From positions 22,952 through 86,951 of the forward strand of contig NW_021833047.1 of NCBI RefSeq assembly GCF_006345805.1: 64,000 nt of DNA. The letters are read 5' to 3'. This DNA is from Octopus sinensis. Its lineage: Eukaryota. The translations under genes were made by a program, and so were the position numbers. The first letter of the stretch is position 1. Every line of letters starts with the position of its first letter. This document shows, one piece after another, positions 54,011 to 64,000 of this stretch. The notes under the pieces were generated by a model. It ran no database searches and had not been told where the DNA came from. It saw only the letters and a list, made by a program, of their open reading frames with translations.

Positions 54011-55127
54011 AATTAAACAACATAACCATGATATATAACTTTGCTCTTAGACAACTCTTAAGAAATAAGGCGAATGATCTAACAACATCAAACGAGGCAT
54101 CTTTCAAGGTGACTCCCTCGCTCTATTACTCTTTTGCATGCCACTGATCCCACTCTCAAACGAACTGAATAACACCAGGTACAAAGTTTAAAACACTATA
54201 ATTAACTGTTTTATTTGGACGATCTGAATTTGTTAATTTGTTTGCTAGAGATGATGAAGAAAGGCGAGTAGGGCTGTGAACAACTGTTAAAAAGTTTAGC
54301 AATGATGTCGGATGGATTTCGGCCTTGATAAATGTGCTAAAGCAACTTTTGTCAGAGGCAAGCTCAAACAAACATACCATTAAATTTGATACCGTCGCTA
54401 CCATCAAGGAACTTGACTCACAAGAAAGTTGGGGATAAAAGAAGGAGATGGTGTACAGGATATTACCATGAAGAAAAAAATAAGAAAGGAGTACTTCTAG
54501 AGAATGACATACTGAAAACTGAACTGAACTCGAAAGATCGCGAAGCCATTAACACCCTAACACTTCCAGTAGTCCAATACAGTTTTAACATAATTAACTG
54601 GAATCTAACAGAGTTCCTACACCTGAACAGAAAGACAAGAAAACTACTAATATCTAAAAATATACACAACCTCAAAACAGACGTTGATCGTCTGTACATA
54701 CCTAGAAGTAATGGGGGAAGAGGAACGATGCAGGTAGAACTGTGCTATAAGACCTCCACTATAGCAATGAACAAGTATTTATTTCGTGCAAACAAGAAAA
54801 CAGTAAAAAAAAAAACACGCTCTATTGTCAAGGAAGCTTGCACACATTCGCAAGGAAACTAGGCATCAACTCTGAATTAGATGAAGAACCTGTAACCATT
54901 TCCACCAAATAATTAAAACGAATCAATCAGACTGCACAAAAAAATAGACAGAAAAAAATTGAGGAGCAGTGGAGCGAGAAGCCCCTGCATGGATGGTATG
55001 TACTTCGAATCCGAAATACTGGTATATACCATCAGTAGCTGAGAAGCTCAGGGCTGAAAGCAGGGACTGAAGGTTTCATATTGGCGGTACAAGATCAAAG
55101 CTTGCTCACTAGCAACTATTAGGCTAA
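54010..55127 (+). mobile_element. Decayed R4/Dong-like LINE fragment
   Basis: FQGDSL, ILKTELNSKD.EAINTLTLPVVQYSF and DVDRLYIPRSNGGRG. Confidence 0.7.
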
Positions 55128-55301
55128 CATTATTTACATTATTTACATTCGACGGATATTTGTCCTCATTTTGTTTGTTGTTAACACAGCGTTTCGGCTG
55201 ATATACCCTCCAGCCTTCTTCAGGTGTCTTGGGGAAATTTCGAACCTAGGTTCTCATTCCTAAGGTATTTTTCGATGTTGTTGTTGTTGTTGTTATTATT
55301 A

Positions 55302-55364
<63 letters not shown>

Positions 55365-55449
55365 CATTATTATTAAGGTCACTGCTTGGAATCGAACTCG
55401 GAGTCTTGGGGTTTGTAGCCCGTGCTCTTAACCACTACGCCATATGCCC
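55128..55449 (-). mobile_element. tRNA-headed SINE with internal (TAA)n and hammerhead motif (copy 2)
   Basis: Head 55376-55449 (A box TGGCGTAGTGG, B box GAGTTCGATTCC), microsatellite 55275-55375, body, and a (AATGTAAAT)n tail. Confidence 0.85.
55183..55228 (-). ncRNA. Minimal type I hammerhead motif inside the SINE (this copy has C at U16.1)
   Basis: GACAC-CTGAAGA-A-GGCTG-gagggtatat-CAGCC-GAAAC-GC-T-GTGTT; stems I and II pair. Confidence 0.6.
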
Positions 55450-55534
55450 GTGGGCAATTATGGGGTGAATTATAGTGTGAATCTATCTCTCTCTCACTCT
55501 CTCTCTCTCACTCCCTCTACCTATCCATCAATCC

Positions 55535-55554
55535 ATCTATCTATCCATCAATCC

Positions 55555-55643
<89 letters not shown>

Positions 55644-56119
55644 CTGGCCAATCGCTCATCAACCTTTCAAGTACCACTTGAAAAGGAAGGTGAGAATGGA
55701 GAGGCAGGTTTTGTCTCACGAAAGTTTCAAAATAAGGTGGGTGAATGTAGCAAAGATGGTGCGCGCGAGTGACGAAACCACTTTGAGCATGATCCTGTAA
55801 ATCGTAAAAGAGAGAGAGCACATTGCTCTCATGTGTTTATTTCCTCCCTGCCTGGGGTTACCGTGGTCTTTTCTGTAGGCTTTTCTTCCCGCGGATGAAC
55901 CTAATCTTGTTTCTTACTTTTTAAAGAATTTGTTTCTGTGATACACGATCCCTTTTGATCGCCTTTTTAAAAAAAATTATTTTTCCGAACCCTTTTGATC
56001 GAAATTTTACATTCGTTTCGTTTTTTGTTCCTTTTTTTCTTTTTCCATATTCGAAAAGAAATGCTCTACATTTGTATTTGTCCCCTCTGTATTCAGCCCT
56101 GTGTGGCCAATAAAGGAAG

Positions 56120-56157
<38 letters not shown>

Positions 56158-56158
56158 C

Positions 56159-56237
<79 letters not shown>

Positions 56238-56240
56238 GTT
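55535..56240. repeat. (TCTA)n arrays at 55535-55645 and 56120-56238; (CTA)n at 56400-56483
   Basis: Directly visible. Confidence 0.9.
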
Positions 56241-56706
56241 CTGGGTTTCTAACTGTTAATGATGACTGATAAAATCATCCCCCTCTACCTAAACCGTTAG
56301 TAATAGTGGGTATATAAGCAGTGTATTTGCCACTGATGACGTCTCAAAACAGAATTGAATTTCAAGTATTGTAATTATAGTAGAGAATTTTTTTTAACTC
56401 ACTACTACTACTACTACTACTACTACACTACTACTACTAATACTACTACTACTACGACTACGACTACGACTACTACTACTACTCTCTTTGACAATCTTGT
56501 GTCTCAATCCGAAAATGTGTGCTAAACAAATCAATCAAAACTTTATTAGAACCATGACTCTCTGGAACGAAAACTCTACAAACAATTTTTTATCTACAGA
56601 TACCATTCTACATTGACCAGATAAATCGTAGAGACTTTTCAAATGACGACAGTATTGTCTCTCTTTGGAATAAAACACAGAATACAAGTCAAAGAATGAA
56701 ATAAAT

Positions 56707-56972
56707 TTATTTACCGTCTCTATACTTGGTCGGCACAGTTCTTCTTAACTGATGAAAATAGGTATTAGTTGCTCCTATTAGTATCTTCTCTGATGTGTCA
56801 TCTTCGTATAAAATGCAGCTTGGACTTATCGCTCTACTCACGAAGGATTTGCATGTAGAAGTTTCAAAACACCTCTTCGAACAGCTGGAGGCATCCACGT
56901 CAAGTGTCATCAATGTTTTACCATCTTTCAGATCACAGTGTTCTACTTTTATAAAATACTTCAGATATTCAA
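56707..56972 (-). CDS. PAN gene B exon 3: PAN/apple domain (EYLKYFIKVEHC...SCSKRCFETSTCKSF...SCILY...KYRDG[K*])
   Basis: Same acceptor and phase as gene A. The exon ends either at the phase-1 donor GTAAAT (exon end 56715) or at TAA 56707. Confidence 0.8.
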
Positions 56973-57525
56973 CTGTAACAAAGTCAGGAAAATTAAACAA
57001 CCAAAATAGGAAGATGAAAATAAAAGATTGTGAAAATAGATAATATAAAGAAATAGAATATTAAAAGTTTGAGGATCAATATTGATATTTTTACCAGGAA
57101 GAAGTGATAAAGTTGTTACTACCATAGTGTAGGTACAAAGCATCTTGGAATATATTATCTGATTAATCAAAATGACTGCAAATGAGTTCTTAATTAATTA
57201 ATTCTCATATTTAAATTACTCATATGCTATGTTCTATAATGTTTAACGGTTGTGTGTTGTAAAGTTTATACAATGTCAGTACTTTGTTATATTTAACAAA
57301 ATGCTTACAAAATTGAATTATAATCAATGGAAATTATGTTAAGAAGTGAATTTGTCATCATGCGGCTGTTTTGTATTGAACTAAAAATTATAAATTTTCT
57401 TTTCAACTAATTTACTTTGAGAAGGAAAATATTCTCTTGTATTGAACTTATAAATTAAATGTTTGTGTAGTGATTTTCATAATTTTCATAGATATAGGTC
57501 TATATATTGATATAAATCTACTCAC

Positions 57526-57561
57526 GTCCATTTCCAAATTTCAATGAGATATAGAAGAGAA
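57526..57561 (-). CDS. PAN gene B exon 2 (FLFYISLKFGNG)
   Basis: 36 nt with AG/GTGAGT boundaries; paralog of 9434-9469. Confidence 0.8.
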
Positions 57562-58492
57562 CTGCAACGAAAATTTATTTTGTAAAATATTTCATATTTC
57601 ATATTCACGTTTAACATTCATTTACAAAGAATTAAGATGACATGAATAGGAAAGAGAAGTGCTACAAGCGTAATTCGATAACAAATACAACGATGACCAC
57701 CGTTACATCACCATAAAATTATCCATTGAAATAAGGAGGGAGAGCGATAAATTGGAGAGGGATAGAAAGATAAACAAAAGAAGAGAGAGAGGAGGGATGA
57801 GAGCGAGATAAAGAGAGAGGAACAGAAATAGAAAAAGGAGAAGATGAAGAAAGAAAAGGAAAAGTTGTTTCAATCGAGATAAGAAGCATCAGTATTTCTT
57901 GGAATAGAAAATTCTAGACACTTAGAAACTTTAGTGAAAGTATTACGTATATTAAGAGCGGGATAAAGAGCGAATGTAGTGAACCAAAAAGAATGTTAAA
58001 TTAACTAGAATTACGCATGTAATGGAGAGAGAAAAACAATTATATCTGATTTTAAAATAACTGTTGTGAAGAAATGGAAGGGAGAGAAATTCCGAAATTA
58101 AAATTGATTAAAAATGATAGAAGTAAGCAGTGGGGAACGAATCTAATGTTTTGTATGTTTGGAGTTAAATCCGGACATGTTTTGGACTTATCAGGTATCC
58201 TTTTGGAAATATAGTCTAATACGTATTTAACCAGATCATAGAATATAAATTTGGTGTGAGAATTACTCACTGAATAGGCATTGATTTAAAATAAGACGAT
58301 GGCAAGTTTTGTTGCACTTCCTTCTGTTTGCGGAACACAGATTATATAACCAAATATATAATGAAAGTTGACCACATCCTTCCTGGTGATCTATTCCTTT
58401 ACAAAATGTATTTCATGATAAAATTATTTTAGCATTTTCTACCTTGCCTTATTTTTCTTATACATGTCAACTCGTGTGTTGCTTTTCAACCT

Positions 58493-58579
<87 letters not shown>

Positions 58580-58749
58580 CTCTATCTATCTGTCTATCTA
58601 TCTATCTACCTATCTATCTATCTATCTATCTATTTATCTACTATCAATACACACACACACACACACGCACACATATATAGTCGTGATGGTTAAACCCTTA
58701 AATAATTAAAAACGTAATATATTAATTATACAATAAAACGTTTACATAC

Positions 58750-58780
58750 AAATAATTTGAAGGTAATTCCTCTGCAGCAT
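58750..58780 (-). CDS. PAN gene B exon 1 (MLQRNYLQII)
   Basis: ATG at 58780, 31 nt, GTATGT donor; paralog of 11725-11755. Confidence 0.75.
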
Positions 58781-59029
58781 CCTGCCTGTTTTCTAGGTAG
58801 AAATGGCTGTCAAGAACCAGATGTTACGAACTTACATTTATCTTCTTAATGAAGGATAATCATTATATCAACTTCGTATCGATTTATCAATATTAGCTGG
58901 GTCAAACAAACCGTAGTAAACAAAAAAAACAACTTTCAAGGACAGCAGTGATTTATTGAGACGGATTTTGTTGATTATTTTCGTATCGAAGTACGATAAG
59001 CTGAAAATGTTCTTTTTATTTCGCAGTAG

Positions 59030-60500
59030 GTGACCATGGTTGCAGGTGTGCGAATAAGAGTTACAGAATAGAGTAGATAAGTTCTGGGCTAGATATGTTT
59101 CATAGCGAGCGGAACCTCAGAAGTGGTAAATACCCAAGCGAGGTGCATATCGCAGGCTAGTCTTCAGGACAAGGATATCTTGATTCAATTAAAGGTTACA
59201 TTGTCGCAAGGAGGTACATGTTGACGCATGGATATTCAATCGAAATGTGTAGAGAGCACAGAAAGGGGGAAGAATATTAATGTAAAACAAGGGAAAAAAG
59301 CAAGAAAATATAAGGAAGTGAGAGAAAAAAGGATTTTAAGCAAGGGCATATGATCGGTTATAATCAATAGATCTGTTTTGGCTGAATTACAGAAATTAGC
59401 AAGGGGAGTGGTATTTGTAAAAAAGATAATTTGGATGGAGGAGGCGGGGAAAATATTTTTGATCAAGGGGGGGAAAGAAAGTGCGTATGAAGAAAGCAAG
59501 ATAGAGTGATTAATTAAGCATCGTCATTTGACCGGTGACTTAATCACAAAAATTAGCAAAGAGTGTGGCATTATAAAAAATAATATGGAGGGAAAAGGGT
59601 GGGGAAATGCTTTTGGTCAATGTGGGGTGGTGGGGAGAAAAATATATATGCATGTAGAAAGTAAGAAAAGGAGGGGAAGAATCGTGGCGGCTACTATAGG
59701 TTTTTTTCAATAGAGGAATGTATATAGTGTGTGTTGAGCGTGTTTACAGTACGAAGTGGTGTAGTGCATAATGGCGTATGTACTTATAAGTTTACGAAAA
59801 AGAGGGAAAATTTATAAAAGTTAGGGGAGAAAAAGCGGGCTGGGTTTGTTATTATTTGTATTTTGAGAATAGATTTAGTGACCGATGTTTGTAGGTAGAT
59901 ATTATACTATTGCGTTCATTAAGATAGTTCGTGGATTGCAAAGTAGCCAAGATCTCGGCTGTGCAGGGATCAAACTTGTTATTATAGCTGATGTATGGCT
60001 TGGCGTGGGTGACAATGGACCCCTTGAGAATGTAAAGAGTTGAATCAAACTTTTTTGTTAATTGAAAAGCTGAGGTAAAGACATGCCGTTGATTCTGTTT
60101 GGGACTTGAAGCTGGAGCAGTGGTCGCTCACTCTAGCTTTGAAGGTGATGCTACATGAGTCAATAGAAATGGAGTTACTGTTGGCATATGATACTGTACA
60201 CTATAAACTACGTTTCTTGTGAGACAGCGGTTATCTAAATGACAGGAGGCTGGGCGTCTGCGGCAGCGTAGATCTGTAGGGGATGTTCTGGATGACCTTA
60301 AGAGGGGATTGCTATTTAGTGAGGAATCGGTGTTAAGTTTGGTTTTATTGCTGGCGTTAAGATCAGTGCTTGTTAAGGAGTTGAGGGTGGTGCTGTAGAG
60401 ATGTAAAATATGATGATTATTGTGTCCGGTGGTATCTTCTGTGTTGTTCTCTATTTTTACAAGTTGGGCGTTGTGGTAAATTTAAGGATCAGGTGTTAGA
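59030..60500 (-). mobile_element. Heavily decayed Penelope-like element
   Basis: Minus-strand fragments such as KFDSTLYILKGSIVTHAKPY (~60000-60060) resemble the Penelope RT FNS.FY.Q..G..MG...AP.YA region, and RKLISTYAIMHYT (~59760-59800) resembles the thumb motif. Confidence 0.45.
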
Positions 60501-62199
60501 AGTGGAATTATAGTTGGAGTTATGGGGGTTAGTGCTGTTAAGGAGCTTAATTGGTATTTTGGGTTTATATGTGTGGAGCTGGGGGCTATGTTGAGTAAAA
60601 ACGTAAAAAGCGTAAAATTCCTCCTATCCCACCCCTCCAATACCCGTCCAAATTTCAGAGTATCAGATGACCTAACAAACGATTCTCCTTTCCTACCCAG
60701 ATGACCCCAAATCCGATATACACCATAACCCACCGAAACAGACACCATCATACACCTCCAAACTCTATATCCACCCAGTTAACCCCACTAATGGGATTAA
60801 ACGAACGGGAATCCGGGAAGTTATCTGGTTCCACCCCATCCGATCCTCTTCGCCCTACCCGAAGAACATTTCCCTAAATCTAGCCCCCAATCTATAAAAT
60901 CAGTTCTTGAAAATAGAATCTTGAAGTAATTTTCTTTTCCCGTCTCTCGTATTTCTTTGCCAAACACATAATGATAAAATATATCAATATGTAAAATGTG
61001 TCTTGTATTTTTATATCATTGGCTAAGGACAAACCATGCTGGTAGAGGAATTGCAAGACAGGCAGCTTTCTTTCTCTCTCTCTCCTTTTTTCTCTAAGGT
61101 TTCTTTTGCATTACCCTCTCCGAAAAAGACAGATTCTTACTGCACTAGCAACGTATATAATAGCATGGTGTCTGTTATGCATTTTGTTTTCAAGTATGCG
61201 CGACAATACTTCGAGTGCACTCTCATACTTCTCCTGAAAATGGCGTTCTGCTTCACATGTGAGGTTTCAAGCACTCTGGAGAGTATCTTTGAACGGAAGG
61301 AACTAATTGTCCTTAATGGCAGCAGTTATTCAAGTAACTGTTGGAAGGTTTAGATACCAAATGTTTGACCAAACATGGGGAAATTAAAAGAATAATAATT
61401 TATTTAATAATGATAATGAGATGATACTGCTGGTTTCTTTTTAGTGTTGATACAACAACGTTAGAGAAATTTATGTTTCAAGGTGCTGAAACGTCTTTAT
61501 CATTATTTTATATAACACGTACATACAAGCTGTTAATTCTTTATTGTAGATTCAGTACAATATATGGATATACGTTAATTCATAAGAAGGAACCTTGCTG
61601 AAGTAACCAAAGATGATGAATATCCTTCAGAGACAAAGGACCTTAAAGAGTCAGCTTTTGAAGAATTAGAACATTATGATACAGTTATATTCTCATAGGA
61701 TTCTGATTCAACAAATTTATAAGGCACAAGATGACATCAGGGTGATTATGTTGTGATAGACACAGAAGGACTAGCCGGACTGTGGTTAAGGATAAGAAAA
61801 TATTTCATTTGAAAGGCGCCTTTCAGAACAGCAGCCGACGCTCGACAGTCTCAACAAACTCATCTTGAAAACATTAGCAACAACCAAAGCAATAAATCTT
61901 CATAGCGAAAACTCAAGAAAAGTTTCGTAAACATTGTTTGATTCAAGATGTTGCGGTTTCAATCTAGGGTTATATAAATCACGTCAATGAGTACAGCATT
62001 CCGGAAAAGTGCTTTTACTGTCCACATGTTCCAGAAAAATACTGATGAGTAAGAATTCATTAAAACAAGCCTTCGCGATGGCAAGTATGCTTTGGGAGTA
62101 AAATGAACCAAATCTATATTTCAGCTGATTCTCTACAGAGGGAATATCAAACTTTTGGGAAAGGAGCACGTGATGCCACTCTTATCCAGTTGTCAAGAA

Positions 62200-64000
62200 A
62201 GGAAAATTAATGGTATCTATATTGCAATTTATTTTTCACTGCTATTATTTGGATAACGAAGGAACTGCAATTATTTGTGCGAGCCTGGAAAATTACCGAC
62301 GAAGTTCCCCTAAACAACATCATCGCAGCGGCATTAACAAGTAATGATATTCCCAGAACCACGGCCCAGATCGGAAGAAACTGTAATTCCTCCATTCCTA
62401 TGCTTTCATTAGACAGCCCATCGACACTCTTGACACCATTCTGGGTATCTGATTGCACCAATAATGTTAAAAAGATGGATGTAACCTCAAGGATTCAACG
62501 GTCTCTCAAAAGGACAAAACCTAAGCCACGACTGAGAGACCTGCAAATGAAGGAAACACTGTTACTGACCCTGCCCCATCACTTTAGACAATCAATGATT
62601 TAATAGAGCTGAAAAAGGAAAACCAAAACACGTAATTGACAAAAAAAAAGCTGTCAGAAACAAGGAAAAACGAGAAGTGAAAAACAAAGGAAACGAAGAA
62701 AAGACAAAACATTTTGGAGCAAAACAAAAAACATAGAAGTTACAAAAGTAAAAGCAGAAACATTTGCAGATTTTACCTTTAAGAGAACGTCTAGTGCGGC
62801 GATGATAGTGCAAAGAGTCCTACGAAAACTGCACAAGCCCAAAGCAATACTTTTTTCCATGAAGAGGACAAAAGGAAAGGTTACACACTGTCTACTGCCC
62901 AAAGACGATATGCAGATGTAGTGTTTACCCCAACAAATAGTCAGCCTCATTCAGATGTGAAAATGGCAGGAGCTGAACAATAATTCATTTTGAGCTTTGC
63001 ACAAAAATTTTTCCTGCAGCTGCACTGGCTATAAGCACAAACTTGGATGCACACCGACCATCACATGGCCACCACAAGCAATAGATACAGGATGGCCACC
63101 ACTAAGACCAACTCAAACGCCGCACAAATATTTCTTTTGAACACCAGACGTCTGTTGCACCTCAGTAACAAAACAAATATCTCTTTCCTGAGAGACCGTG
63201 CTGCATGCAACCAAATCCCATGCATAGCACTTGTGAAAACGCATCTTAGACTCGATATAGGGGGTGCAGAACTACATATATCAAAATATGTTGTAATACG
63301 CTCAGACAGAAAAGAAAGGATCCATGGTTGATTTGCTGTGTACATCCGAGAGAAAATCATACCCGGGTCCTGCTGTCATATTCAAATTCAGTGTGTGGCA
63401 CTCAAATTGTACACATGAGACAACTTAATTTTGCTATATGTACAACATATCGGCCACCGGATGTTCCATATCATACGGGTAAGTTTGAAGACTGCCTCGC
63501 AAAGGTAGAAGTTCTCATGAAACTGGAGCAACACGTCAGTGTATTCCTTTTGGGTGACTTTAACTTCCCGAGGGTCAGATGCTTTCAGGAATGACACACC
63601 ACCAAAAAGCACAGATAGAGTCCCTGCTCCACTTTATCAAAGCTTCACTCATGGAGCAAATTGTTTTGCAACCAGCCACAGCAAATGATATAATGGATCC
63701 CTGCTTCACAAACAGTATGGACATTGGTCCATAATGTGAAAGTGACACCGACACTAGTCATGGATCACAACATAATAGAGCTGTCTATGTATGGACCAAA
63801 ATTCCCTACAGGCATACAGCCTATACGAGGCACTCGAAATCTCTCCAGTCTGAAGAGTCATAAAGCTACGTGGAAGTTGATTGAAAAAGACAGTAGCCAA
63901 AAGGATTGGTCTATATATCTCCCCACACGAGACATTGATATGAAACACAAGCATTTCATGTCCATAAGACAAGCCATATGTAACAAATCTGTCCGAAAGC
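62200..64000 (+). mobile_element. CR1/L2-group LINE 5' region (possible ORF1 remnant plus APE endonuclease), degraded; runs off the window
   Basis: IALVKTHL, IRSDRKERIHG, YRPPD and LLGDFNFP (63047-63594), with a DHN motif at ~63765. Confidence 0.75.

Overview
AT-rich eukaryotic genomic DNA with no prokaryotic features. The SINE types, microsatellite load and LINE/mariner/Penelope content suggest a coleoid cephalopod such as Octopus, but this is inference. Most of the window is decayed transposable elements and microsatellites: R4/Dong-like RLE LINEs, CR1-like, L1/Tx1-like, CRE-like, Penelope, mariner/Tc1 and tRNA-SINEs. Most of the supplied ORFs are therefore TE fragments or repeat artefacts. 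Two things stand out. (1) A minus-strand cluster of small exons encodes secreted PAN/apple-domain proteins. Two paralogous units about 48 kb apart each have a 31-nt ATG exon, a 36-nt signal-peptide exon and a 258-nt PAN exon. Two further phase-1 PAN exons (43239-43469, 32623-32813) could extend the right-hand gene into a 248-aa triple-PAN protein. (2) There is a set of hammerhead-ribozyme-like and fold-back elements: a near-canonical type I hammerhead in a Penelope pseudo-LTR (13232-13317), two copies of a tRNA-headed SINE with an internal microsatellite and a sense-strand hammerhead motif, and four long (TA)n-flanked inverted repeats, one of them apparently perfect over 231 bp. All alignments and counts were done by eye. 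Exon and ribozyme coordinates were indexed base by base, while TE boundaries are approximate.
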